Virus record (IMG/VR): IMGVR_UViG_3300037424_001220
Location: 3,109-67,108 of that record
DNA from: a virus
Taxonomy: Duplodnaviria > Caudoviricetes
Direction: 5' to 3' (one strand)
DNA length: 64,000 nucleotides
The notes under the pieces are model-generated. The model was not told the DNA's origin. It saw nothing but the letters and a program-made list of their open reading frames with translations, and ran no database searches. Made by a program: the position numbers and the translations under genes. Shown one piece after another: positions 47,936 through 57,189 of the stretch (its first letter is position 1; each line of letters starts with the position of its first letter).

Positions 47936-48711
47936 TTCGGATTCAGCATCTTGAGACCGACGTCACGACGGCGTGTCAGTTGTCATGCGTCGCTTGCAAT
48001 CATCACGTTCCTCTTCATCGCGCGAAGGGACCGCAACACGCTTCGGTGGAGCAGGTCGAAAGGGACCTCACTCATCTGGCTTCGATCCTACACACCCACC
48101 TTTGGGCCGCGATCGGTGGCGAGCCGCTGCTGAATCCGAAGCTCGTCAGCATCCTAGTGGCAGCCCGTCGTTCCGGTGTGATGGATCGCATCGAGGTCTG
48201 GACTAACGGGCTGATGCTGCCCTGGATGAAGGACGACTTCTGGGCAGCTTTCGACGTTCTGGTGCTCTCGGTGTATCCGGGAACTCTTCGTGAGAAGGCA
48301 ATCGAAGCCGTTCAGCAACGTTGTGGGGACTCAGGAGTTGAGTTGGCACTGATTCGGCGCCCCGGGTTCAGGGCTTTGCTGGAGGAGACTCCGAGTGGTC
48401 GAGAACGCACGCTGGACAAGTATCAGCGGTGCTTTTTCCGCTCCTACAGCCGCGTTGCCAACCAAGGGTACTTCTACACGTGCTGTTGCGCTCCGCACAT
48501 GCCGGTGCTTCTTACCAACAAGCCCCCGGGTACGGATGGTGTTGCTATCGAGGGTCTAACCGAGGAGAGTCTGCGTTTGTACTTGGAGCAGGCCGAGCCC
48601 TTGAGCGTGTGCTCAGTGTGTGCTGGAGGCGACGATCGAGCCGCGAATGTGCCGTGGCGGGAAGAGCGAGATCCGGTACGCTGGATCGTCGCAAGCAAGG
48701 GAGAACGGTGA
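47932..48711 (+). CDS. radical SAM enzyme with C-terminal Twitch/SPASM-like Cys cluster
   Basis: CQLSCVAC (Cx3Cx2C), IGGEPLLNP, VWTNG; C...YTCC...CSVC. Confidence 0.9.
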   Translation: MIRIQHLETDVTTACQLSCVACNHHVPLHRAKGPQHASVEQVERDLTHLASILHTHLWAAIGGEPLLNPKLVSILVAARRSGVMDRIEVWTNGLMLPWMKDDFWAAFDVLVLSVYPGTLREKAIEAVQQRCGDSGVELALIRRPGFRALLEETPSGRERTLDKYQRCFFRSYSRVANQGYFYTCCCAPHMPVLLTNKPPGTDGVAIEGLTEESLRLYLEQAEPLSVCSVCAGGDDRAANVPWREERDPVRWIVASKGER

Positions 48712-49502
48712 TGGAAGCCAGTGAGATTCGGCGTCGGATCGGGCGTCGTGTGATCGCGGCGGACTTCGGGAAGGACTGGTTCAACATGGTCTGCAAGGAA
48801 CTGGCTCTTCAGTCCAGGATGCACCGCAAGGTGTGGGAGCTGGTCTCGATCGCGCAGGTCTACCGGGACTCCATCGGAGAGGGGGGCCGCGTGATCGGCT
48901 TCGGTGTTGGCCGCGAGCCTCTTCCTGCGTGGTTCGCTCAGCAGGGAGCAACGGTGCTCGCGACCGACAAGCCGGAGGCGGACTACTGGCTGCCTGACCA
49001 GCACGCCAAGTCCCGAGAGGAGCTGCCTTACAAGGGCATCTGCGAGAGAAGGATCTTCGACAGAAACGTGTCGTTCGTTCCGGTGGACATGACCGATCTG
49101 GAGAAGACGCCTCTGCCGTGGAACTTCGATCTCACGTGGTCGGCCTCGTGCTTCGAGCACCTCGGGTCCATCGCCCTTGGGCTGGACTTCTTCTGCTCGC
49201 AGATGAAGCTTCTTCGTCCTGGGGGCGTCGCGGTTCACGTGACGGAGTACAACTTCCTCAGCAACGATGCCACCCTGGAGGCTCACAACCTCGTGGCATT
49301 CAGGAATCGGGACTTCGAGGAGCTGCGCCAGCGTCTTGCTCGTCAGGGGGACACTCTGCTGCCCTTCGATGCCTCGGGAGGCTCGTCGGAAGCTGACCTC
49401 TTCGTGGATGAAGCACCATATCAGGCTGAGCCTCATCTCAACCTGCGTCTCGCCGGCCACTCCTTTACGTCCGCCCTGCTGATCGCTCAGCGAGGAGCGT
49501 AA
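48711..49502 (+). CDS. class I SAM-dependent methyltransferase
   Basis: VIGFGVGRE, VLATD, FDLTWSASCFEHLG, LLRPGGVAVHVTE. Confidence 0.85.
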   Translation: MEASEIRRRIGRRVIAADFGKDWFNMVCKELALQSRMHRKVWELVSIAQVYRDSIGEGGRVIGFGVGREPLPAWFAQQGATVLATDKPEADYWLPDQHAKSREELPYKGICERRIFDRNVSFVPVDMTDLEKTPLPWNFDLTWSASCFEHLGSIALGLDFFCSQMKLLRPGGVAVHVTEYNFLSNDATLEAHNLVAFRNRDFEELRQRLARQGDTLLPFDASGGSSEADLFVDEAPYQAEPHLNLRLAGHSFTSALLIAQRGA

Positions 49503-49503
49503 G

Positions 49504-49968
49504 ATGACCGAGACCGGCATTGAGATGCTCAAGCTCTTCGAGGCTTTCATGCCCAACGTCTATCTGGATGCGGGCAAGGAGCCGACGATCGGCTACGGGC
49601 ATCTCATCAAGCCCGGGGAGGTCTTTGGTACTCTGACCGAGCCGCAAGCCGAGGATTTGCTGCGTCAAGACGTAGCGAGTCATGAGGCTGACATGCGTCG
49701 TCTCATCAAGCGTACCTTGACGGGGACACAAGGAGACGCTCTTTCATCGTTTGTCTTCAACATCGGAGCTCAGCAGTTCCGCACTTCGACAATGCTGAGG
49801 CTACTCAACACCGGAAGACCAAACGCTGAGGTCGCCGATGAGTTTACGAAGTGGGTTCTCGTCAAGAACAAGCGTGAGCGTGGACTCGTGCGGCGTCGTC
49901 GTGCTGAGGCAGTGTGCTTCCTCGGAGCGAACATCAAGCTGATCCGGTTCGTGTACCAAGAAGCCTAA
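49504..49968 (+). CDS. endolysin, GH24 lysozyme
   Basis: E-x8-D-x5-T triad (EAFMPNVYLDAGKEPT), TIGYGH, ALSSFVFNIG, GLVRRRRAE. Confidence 0.92.
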   Translation: MTETGIEMLKLFEAFMPNVYLDAGKEPTIGYGHLIKPGEVFGTLTEPQAEDLLRQDVASHEADMRRLIKRTLTGTQGDALSSFVFNIGAQQFRTSTMLRLLNTGRPNAEVADEFTKWVLVKNKRERGLVRRRRAEAVCFLGANIKLIRFVYQEA

Positions 49969-49985
49969 GAAAAGAGGGTTTGAAG

Positions 49986-51290
49986 ATGCGAAAGATGATC
50001 CTGTTCGGACTGTTGCTGTTGGGACTGAGCACCGTGTCGGCGGAGGCCCAGGTCGTCGGATACGGGAAGAGCGCGACCGGCGGGTTGAACAAGATGACGT
50101 GTCTCGTCAAGGACAGCATCGACGAGTGCTTCACCAGTGGTCGCGCCTCGAACCTGAACATCATCTTCTCGAAGGGCGAGGTCGAGGGACCTCCCGGGTT
50201 CCGCTACGTCGGCTCCAACGTCACCATCGACGGCTGCGCGAACGGGCAGAACGGTGTCACGATCAACCAGCCCGCGGACGGCAAGCGGGGGATCATCGTG
50301 GAGGGTCCCGCTTCCAACGTGATCGTCCGGTGCCTTCGAAACCAGGGCAATGAGGGCGGAAAGAAGAGCGGCTTCGCGACGGAGTTCGATCTGCTCGCAA
50401 TCGATGGCGGCAGCGGCCTCGTGTCGAACGTGTTGATCGACCGTGTGACCGTGGTCGGCTCAACCGACGGGGCGCTAGACATCACGGGCAACGTGTCCGA
50501 CGTGACGATTCAGCACTCGTTGCTCTACGGCACTCCCCTCGGCCAGCTCATCAAGTACGACCCTCGGAAGCGCATTACGCTAGCGTACAACGTCTATACC
50601 GGCAACGGCGAGCGCAACCCGCAGATCAAGGGTGATGCACAGAGCATCGACTTCGTCTCGAACATCGTGGTTGCAAACACGATCTCTCGGGACGGTGTCG
50701 GCAACGTCTTCGATCCGTATGGGCTGAGGATCTACACCGGGGCCTCCGGTTCCGACTCCCCTGGCAAGCCGTCGGTCAACGTCGTGGGCTCGTACTTCTC
50801 TGGGTCCAAGGCGATCGAGCTACTCGATGGGCCGGACGTGTGGCTCTCGGGGAACACGTGCGTCGGCTTTGCGTGTCCTGCGTCTACTCGCTCGACGCCT
50901 GTTTCCGTCCCGGCTGAGTTCGCGACGCCGACCTTGCCACTCGCCGACGTGGTGGCCCAGGCCGGTTCGCCGAATCGTACGGTGCGGGACACGGCGGTCC
51001 TGGCTTCGGTGGCTGCCCTGGTCGGCGGAACCCCACCGCCGCCTCCCCCTCCGCCTCCTCCGGCTTGCCCTACGTGTCCCGTGGGTCAGGCTTGCACCGA
51101 TCCGGCGGTGGGCTGCGTGCTGGTGGAACCCGAACCCTGTCCCGAGTGCCCGCTGGTCAAGGCCCCGGGTGACTTCTCGTACACGAGTACGTGCACGAAT
51201 CCTCGGGTGACCAGAACGATCAACGCCGATAGGTCCGTGAAGATCGTCGTCGATCGGGGCACCTGTACGATCATGATCGCGGTTCAGTAG
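49986..51290 (+). CDS. secreted pectate lyase-like right-handed beta-helix protein
   Basis: Sec signal (...VSAEA); GYGKSATGG; NVIVRCLR; DGALDI...VTIQHS; RNPQI; Pro linker. Confidence 0.75.
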   Translation: MRKMILFGLLLLGLSTVSAEAQVVGYGKSATGGLNKMTCLVKDSIDECFTSGRASNLNIIFSKGEVEGPPGFRYVGSNVTIDGCANGQNGVTINQPADGKRGIIVEGPASNVIVRCLRNQGNEGGKKSGFATEFDLLAIDGGSGLVSNVLIDRVTVVGSTDGALDITGNVSDVTIQHSLLYGTPLGQLIKYDPRKRITLAYNVYTGNGERNPQIKGDAQSIDFVSNIVVANTISRDGVGNVFDPYGLRIYTGASGSDSPGKPSVNVVGSYFSGSKAIELLDGPDVWLSGNTCVGFACPASTRSTPVSVPAEFATPTLPLADVVAQAGSPNRTVRDTAVLASVAALVGGTPPPPPPPPPPACPTCPVGQACTDPAVGCVLVEPEPCPECPLVKAPGDFSYTSTCTNPRVTRTINADRSVKIVVDRGTCTIMIAVQ

Positions 51291-51316
51291 GAGTCCCCAG
51301 AAAGAGGGAGGGTGTC

Positions 51317-52588
51317 ATGTTCCGACGACAGATGTGGTTGTGGCTCCTCGGTGTTGTTCTGATCGTTAGCTGCGGTCCCATCATCATCCCCGGTCCGAAG
51401 CCGGAGAAGAAGTGCCCGGGCTCGTGTCCGGTGGGATCGGAGTGCAAGGATCCGAATCTGGGGTGCCAGCCGATTCCTGCGCCGGGGCCGGTCTGCCAGG
51501 AGGGACAGCATCACAGCTGCTATCACTGGCCGACGGGTTCCTCCACCTGGGTCTACGCGTGTCCGGTGTACGATTCGGATGGCGGTGTGATCGACGTGCT
51601 CAACGTCCTCGACCCTGCGACGTGTCCGGCGAAGCCCGAGCCGAAGCCGATTCCGGCGTCGTGCGCGGACCTGACCTGTCCGGAGCCCGACGACGATCCT
51701 CGCAAGACCGAGTGCCGCGAGACCCCGAACGGACCTCTGTGTGTCATGCCGACCCCGCCGCCTCCGGGTGAGACGAACTGCGATGGTGAGCCCGGGCCGC
51801 TTCTCCAGCCGAAGCAGTTCCTCAACAGCTACGGTGATGCCGTCAACAAGGTGATGGCTGCGCGTACGGGCTGCGCGATCGGGAGTGACTGCAAGCTCGG
51901 CAATAAGACGCTTCAGGTTTGGAACCGCGAGGTCGTCGCGGATCTGCGTGAGCGAGGCATCTGCGCTGGACAGCACAAGCCGAGCCACACCGATGAGATC
52001 GCGGTCGCCAAGGACCGGACCTCTGTGCGCCAGTCTTATCACATCGGCGCGGGAGACGATGGTTCAGGCGATGCGCCGCCGGGAGGGAATCGCCGCGTCG
52101 TCTGGGCACCCGGGGCGGTGCGTGCGGCGTATAGCGCTCCGGCTGGGCCTCCTCCTGAAGATGGGTGCACAGCACCGGTCCCTCCGAAGTGCGACCGGTA
52201 CAACCTCAAGGCGCACCAGAAGACGAACGACGCAACATGTCTCGTCTACAACGGGACAGACGCGAAGCGTTGGGATGGGTCCACGGTCACGGGCTACTGC
52301 GACTCCGTCGGCTTCGTGAACCGTCTGCACTGCCCGCCGAGGCTGGAGTGCGAGGTTCCTCCGAACCCGAAGGCCGTGAAGTGTGGGGAGCGCGTCGCGT
52401 GCGAGGCCATTGCGACGAGTGGCAAGCCGGATGGCAAACCCATCTGGAAGAGCGACGGGATGGTCAACCTGACCGACAACCCCTTCTTGGCAACCTGCAC
52501 CAACTGTACGTGGTTGGAGATCTGCAACGCTGACGGAACGGGCTGCGGGCGGTGCGTGATCGACAAGAACACCGGACAGTGTTCATGA
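51317..52588 (+). CDS. Cys/Pro-rich secreted lipoprotein
   Basis: Lipobox LIVS-CG; many Cys spread along the whole length. Confidence 0.7.
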   Translation: MFRRQMWLWLLGVVLIVSCGPIIIPGPKPEKKCPGSCPVGSECKDPNLGCQPIPAPGPVCQEGQHHSCYHWPTGSSTWVYACPVYDSDGGVIDVLNVLDPATCPAKPEPKPIPASCADLTCPEPDDDPRKTECRETPNGPLCVMPTPPPPGETNCDGEPGPLLQPKQFLNSYGDAVNKVMAARTGCAIGSDCKLGNKTLQVWNREVVADLRERGICAGQHKPSHTDEIAVAKDRTSVRQSYHIGAGDDGSGDAPPGGNRRVVWAPGAVRAAYSAPAGPPPEDGCTAPVPPKCDRYNLKAHQKTNDATCLVYNGTDAKRWDGSTVTGYCDSVGFVNRLHCPPRLECEVPPNPKAVKCGERVACEAIATSGKPDGKPIWKSDGMVNLTDNPFLATCTNCTWLEICNADGTGCGRCVIDKNTGQCS

Positions 52589-52971
52589 CTGAGCACGCTG
52601 ATCCAACGATCCTTCATCACCGAGAGACTGACCTTCCGGGTTCCGACTTCCGGCGGGCTCGACACTGCGAGGAGCGTGAGGTGATCATCAAGAGAAACGG
52701 AACAACTGCGAAGGTGATGATCGCTCTCGCGGCGATCTGCTTCCCGATCATGCTCACGATCATCGGGGCTCTTGTGGTGCGGGACCGTGCCAGCGTCGAC
52801 GCGGATCTCGCATCGCTGAAGGCCGCGAAGGAGGCACAGGCTCTTCAGATCCAAGCAGTCGTGACGATCCAGCAACGGGTGCTCACAGACCTCGCGGAGA
52901 TGAAGGCAGGACTCAAGGACAACGGGAACAAGCTGGATATGGTTTTGTTTGAAACCAGGAGGGCGAAATGA
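52585..52971 (+). CDS. membrane protein with one TM helix and a coiled coil (lysis region)
   Basis: VMIALAAICFPIMLTIIGALVV followed by heptad pattern. Confidence 0.6.
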   Translation: MTEHADPTILHHRETDLPGSDFRRARHCEEREVIIKRNGTTAKVMIALAAICFPIMLTIIGALVVRDRASVDADLASLKAAKEAQALQIQAVVTIQQRVLTDLAEMKAGLKDNGNKLDMVLFETRRAK

Positions 52972-53558
52972 ATCCGCAAACCAAGGCACTGATCCTGCGC
53001 TACCTCACCGGAGCAGCCGTTGCGGCTCTCGGCGGTGCCGTCGGAGCTGCCACCACAATGCTCGATGCCGGCTCCGTGACCGACTACAGGACGTTGGGCG
53101 CTGCGATGATCGCCGGTGCGCTTCTGGCTTTGCGTCTCTGGGTCGCGAAGCAGACCGCGGGCTTCGCCTCGATCATCGGCTTGCAGAAGTCTCTCGACGA
53201 CAAGCTGGTGGAGAGCCCCGACAACGAAGGTGGGCTTCTCTACAAGGAGTTCCTGCCGGACTTGGAGAACGGATCGGCTGACCGCCCGGCTCTGTTCGCC
53301 ATGGACGGCTCTGGCCTGGAAGGTCCGGGCATGGTCGAGGTTCGCAGGTTCTCGGACCCTCGACTCCAAGAAGCGGTCGAGAGCGTCTTCCTGGCCAGCG
53401 GGTTCAAGAACGGTGCCGTCATCAACGTGGACCTGAACGGAGAGATCCGCGCGGGGCTCGTCGTCAAGAAGGGCGGGCATCTCACGTTCAGTGGATTCCT
53501 GGCGAAGAAGCCTCACCAGAAGATCGAAGGACTGGCACAGGTCGCCTTCGGGTTCTAG
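52968..53558 (+). CDS. holin-like membrane protein
   Basis: Two N-terminal hydrophobic helices; lysis-region position. Confidence 0.45.
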   Translation: MNPQTKALILRYLTGAAVAALGGAVGAATTMLDAGSVTDYRTLGAAMIAGALLALRLWVAKQTAGFASIIGLQKSLDDKLVESPDNEGGLLYKEFLPDLENGSADRPALFAMDGSGLEGPGMVEVRRFSDPRLQEAVESVFLASGFKNGAVINVDLNGEIRAGLVVKKGGHLTFSGFLAKKPHQKIEGLAQVAFGF

Positions 53559-53571
53559 GGGAGTAGGGAAG

Positions 53572-53802
53572 ATGCCGAGGACGCGACGACGGCGGGCCAA
53601 CGATCGGAGACGAGAGGCCGAGCAGCGCCGCATTGCAGCTGAAGCTCTTGATCGTGCCCGCCGTGTGGAGAAGGAAGATCTCGGTCGATACGTCAAGGCT
53701 GTCTATCGTTCTCGCGCGGGGGAAACTATTCACGCACGTGATGGCCGCGCCTACATCGTGCAATCGGATGGCTCACTCGTCAGAAAGGAAGGGATGCTGT
53801 GA
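53572..53802 (+). CDS. small basic hypothetical protein
   Basis: Arg-rich N-terminus; stop overlaps the next GTG. Confidence 0.45.
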   Translation: MPRTRRRRANDRRREAEQRRIAAEALDRARRVEKEDLGRYVKAVYRSRAGETIHARDGRAYIVQSDGSLVRKEGML

Positions 53803-55037
53803 CTCCGTACAACCCTACGTTTGATGAGACCGGGATTCGGATCAGTAACGGGAGGCGGCTCCTCTGGATCGGTGACGCCGTGGCCTCAACCGGATTCGCG
53901 CGTTGCACTCATCAGACACTCGATGTACTGCGCAAGACCTGGGACGTGGCTGTTCTCGGACTCAACTACCTGGGTGATCCGCACCGGTATCCGTACCCTA
54001 TCTACCCGGGTTGGCCCGGCGGTGACGGCTTCGGCTTGGGTCGAGTCGAGCACGTGATAGCCAGCGTGAAGCCGGACCTCGTAGTTATCCAGAACGATCC
54101 GTGGAACATCCCCGAGTACATGAAGCGCATCAAGGACATTCCGGTCGTAGCCTCGATGCCGTTGGATGGCAAGAACTGTCAGAGCAAGTGGCTGAACGGT
54201 CTGGCATTGGCCATCTTCTGGACGGAGTTCGGGCTCTTGGAGGCCCGCTCAGGTGGCTATACCGGGCCGGCAGCCGTGGTTCCGCTCGGTGTGGATCTCG
54301 AGATGTACAAGCCCGTTGACCAACTAGAAGCACGGCGTAGGGTAGGACTTCCTGAGGAACTGCTCGACAAGTTCATCATCGGCAACGTGAACCGCAACCA
54401 GCCACGCAAGCGGTTGGACCTGACGATCGAGTACTTCGCGGCGTTCACAGCCCGGGCACAGGCCGAGGACGCTTATCTTTTCCTGTTCGTCGCGCCGACC
54501 GGCGAGATGAGCTACGACGTCGAGCAGTTGATGCACTACTATGGCTTTAAAGGAGCCGGCAAGCGTCTTATCCTGGTTCAGCCCGAGATGGGCTACGGCC
54601 AACGGGAGGAGACGCTATCGTCCATCTACTCGTGCTTCGACGTACAACTCTCTACGACTCAGGGAGAAGGATGGGGCCTGACCACGATGGAGGGGATGGC
54701 CTGTGGGGTGCCTCAGATCTTCCCTGACTGGTCGGCTCTTGGTGAGTGGGCCAAGCCAGCGGGGATGGCCATACCGTGCTACGACACGGCGGTGACCTCG
54801 AACAATCGGATCAACATCCTTGGTGGAATTCCTGATCGGACGCAGACCGTGGAGGCACTTCATAACTGCTACGCCTCTTGGAAGCTGAAGAAGGCCGCCG
54901 ATCACTACGATGTTGCCTCTGTTAGGACCGTTCTTGAACAGCATCGGGAGCTCGGGATCCAACTCGTTGCTGATCCGCGGTACCGGTGGTCCTCGATTGG
55001 TGCATCCTTCGAGATGGCACTTGACACGGTGAGCTAG
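53799..55037 (+). CDS. glycosyltransferase family 4-like (GT-B)
   Basis: STGFAR, GNVNRNQPRKRLD, STTQGEGWGLTTMEGMACGVPQI. Confidence 0.9.
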   Translation: MTPYNPTFDETGIRISNGRRLLWIGDAVASTGFARCTHQTLDVLRKTWDVAVLGLNYLGDPHRYPYPIYPGWPGGDGFGLGRVEHVIASVKPDLVVIQNDPWNIPEYMKRIKDIPVVASMPLDGKNCQSKWLNGLALAIFWTEFGLLEARSGGYTGPAAVVPLGVDLEMYKPVDQLEARRRVGLPEELLDKFIIGNVNRNQPRKRLDLTIEYFAAFTARAQAEDAYLFLFVAPTGEMSYDVEQLMHYYGFKGAGKRLILVQPEMGYGQREETLSSIYSCFDVQLSTTQGEGWGLTTMEGMACGVPQIFPDWSALGEWAKPAGMAIPCYDTAVTSNNRINILGGIPDRTQTVEALHNCYASWKLKKAADHYDVASVRTVLEQHRELGIQLVADPRYRWSSIGASFEMALDTVS

Positions 55038-55460
55038 ATGTCGAAGCAGATCAAGCTCGTTGGACTCAAGGAGATGCAGCGGGAGATCGCCGGTATAGCG
55101 CGGCGGTTTCCTACCGAGATGCGTCGCGCCTTGTACCTTGAGCTTGAGATCAACGTGATGACTCGTTCGAAGAAGAGCTTTGTTCCCGTTGATCAGGGAC
55201 CGATGAGAGCCTCCGGTTTCGTGGACATGGCCAAGGAGGGCCTCTCGGCCCGCTTCGGGTTCGGTGGACCAGCGGGTAGTGGAAACGTCGGTGGCGAGAC
55301 GAACACAGAGGACGTTGGCTACGCGATCATTCAGCATGAGACTAAGTCCTTCCAGCACACAGTCGGCCAGTGGAAGTTTCTCGAACAGCCCACCAACGAG
55401 TGGATTGCCGTGGCCGCTAAGAATCTTGCAGGACGGGTTCATCTGGACCGGCAGCGCTAA
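55038..55460 (+). CDS. neck/tail completion protein (HK97 gp10-like)
   Basis: VPVDQGPMRASG...YAIIQHE...GQWKFLEQP. Confidence 0.8.
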   Translation: MSKQIKLVGLKEMQREIAGIARRFPTEMRRALYLELEINVMTRSKKSFVPVDQGPMRASGFVDMAKEGLSARFGFGGPAGSGNVGGETNTEDVGYAIIQHETKSFQHTVGQWKFLEQPTNEWIAVAAKNLAGRVHLDRQR

Positions 55461-55477
55461 GACTGAGAGGATTGGCG

Positions 55478-55885
55478 ATGGCCTTCTATCTTTGGATTCG
55501 ACCACTGCAAGAGCCTTTTGATCTTGGCATCGACGAGAAGGGTCGTGCCCGGGTTGCCTTCAATGTGACGACGCGTAAGACGCCGTCAACTACGCTCATC
55601 GAGGAGTTGGCCAAGATCTTGGCCACTGCTGGCGTCGGGGCCTACGGCACCGTTGTCTTCGGCTCGAGCATGGCCGCGATTCCCGGTACCGCAGGACCGT
55701 TCGTTACGATCATCGAGTACAGCGGCCAGAGCCCGTTGTATACGCACAACTCGCCGTCGCCGTCGTATCAGCAACCATCCGCTCAGATCGTCACACGAGC
55801 CGCTAGCTACGCCGTCGCGAGAGCGACAGCCCGGGCAGCCTACGATGCTCTTGCTGTCGTAAACAACCTCACCGTTACTCCGTAG
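55478..55885 (+). CDS. tail terminator-like protein
   Basis: Position before the tail tube; PSAQIVTRA..Y..AR..A..AYDAL. Confidence 0.65.
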   Translation: MAFYLWIRPLQEPFDLGIDEKGRARVAFNVTTRKTPSTTLIEELAKILATAGVGAYGTVVFGSSMAAIPGTAGPFVTIIEYSGQSPLYTHNSPSPSYQQPSAQIVTRAASYAVARATARAAYDALAVVNNLTVTP

Positions 55886-55908
55886 GCTTCCCAAAGGAGA
55901 AGGACACA

Positions 55909-56337
55909 ATGCCCAACGCAATCTCGGCGCAGGGAACGCTGGTCGCTCGTGCGCCCATCGCTACACCGACGGTGTTCGCCACGATCGGCGAGCTTCGCAA
56001 CATCACGCCTCCGCCTCTCATGCGGAACGCGATCGAGACCACGAGCCACAACGAGGAGGAGGAATCGTTCGTCGTTGGCATCCGCCGCAAGGGTGAGATG
56101 ACGATGGAGATCGGATACGTGCCCGATCTCGCGACGCACGATCACCTCACCGGGCTCACCAAGGCATGGCTCGACGGCAGCCGCGACATCTACAAGATCA
56201 CGTACCCGGATGGCACTCAGTGGTTGTTCTCGGGCTACGTGACCAACATCGGTCCGAGCGCCCCCGTGGACGACGGGCTCACGGCCGAGGTCACCATCCG
56301 TCCGACCGGCGTCATGGAGTTCGTCACCGCTCCGTAG
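55909..56337 (+). CDS. major tail (tube) protein
   Basis: IETTSH, GIRRKGEMTMEIGY, YKITYPDGTQWLFSGYV, AEVTIRPTG; AAGGAG site. Confidence 0.88.
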   Translation: MPNAISAQGTLVARAPIATPTVFATIGELRNITPPPLMRNAIETTSHNEEEESFVVGIRRKGEMTMEIGYVPDLATHDHLTGLTKAWLDGSRDIYKITYPDGTQWLFSGYVTNIGPSAPVDDGLTAEVTIRPTGVMEFVTAP

Positions 56338-56398
56338 TTCGTTCAACAGTCGAGGCACCCGGGCCTAGAGCCGGGATCGAAGAAGGAGGGACGCACGA

Positions 56399-56773
56399 AT
56401 GGACGCCCAGGAGAAGATCGAGTCCGTGGAACCCCGGAAGATGCTGACCGCCGAGGACATCTTGTCTGCCGATGACCTTCAGGTCGTGGAGGTGGATGTG
56501 CCGGAGTGGGGTGGAGTTGTCAGGCTCCGTCCCTTGACGGCTCAGCAGGCGATCAAGTTCGCAGAGGAAGCGAAGGAGAACAAGGGAGCTCTTTCGGCTG
56601 TCAACGTTGCGGCGATGTGCATCGTGGATGCGACCGGCAGCCCGATGTTCAACGCTGAGCAACTCGAGAAGCTGAAGAGCAAGAGCCTTCGTGCCATGAT
56701 GCGCATCCAGAAGGAGGCTCTTCGGATCAACGGGCTCGACGAGAAGGCCGAGACGGCAACAAAAAACGTCTGA
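56399..56773 (+). CDS. tail assembly chaperone G
   Basis: VDVPEWGGVVRLRPLT; position between tube and tape measure genes. Confidence 0.85.
   Translation: MDAQEKIESVEPRKMLTAEDILSADDLQVVEVDVPEWGGVVRLRPLTAQQAIKFAEEAKENKGALSAVNVAAMCIVDATGSPMFNAEQLEKLKSKSLRAMMRIQKEALRINGLDEKAETATKNV
56761..56767 (+). other. -1 programmed ribosomal frameshift site (A AAA AAC) producing the G-T chaperone
   Basis: In-frame X XXY YYZ heptamer before the TGA; the -1 frame is open into the 56842-57189 ORF (KRLRRGGARRFAYRLALHLG...). Confidence 0.85.
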
Positions 56774-57189
56774 GGCGGGGCGGTGCGCGACGATTTGCGT
56801 ACCGTCTCGCCCTTCATCTGGGATACGCTAATGTAGATACGATGCTGCGTGGAATGACCTCGCAGCAGTTCGTGGAGTGGCAGGTCTTTGGTGACCTTGA
56901 GCCGTTCGCTGCTGAGCGTGACGACTATCGTACCGGTTCGTTAGTCAGGGTCATCGCAAACGCGCATCGTAGTTCGCGTCGACATCCCACACCATACACT
57001 CTTGAGGAGTGCACCCCACGGTTCGGAGATCTTTCGAAGGCACAGAAGCGGCCGGTTCAGTCGTGGCAGATGATGAAGGCGATCGGACAAGCCATGGCTG
57101 AGAGTTCTCAACGGAAGCCAGAACGCATCATTGGCAGGAGACTAACAAGTGGTAAGCATCGGTCAGATCTTCGGGACGATCGATCTTGA
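56768..57189 (+). CDS. tail assembly chaperone T, frameshift extension
   Basis: MTSQQFVEWQVF..LEPF...RDDYR pattern. Confidence 0.75.
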
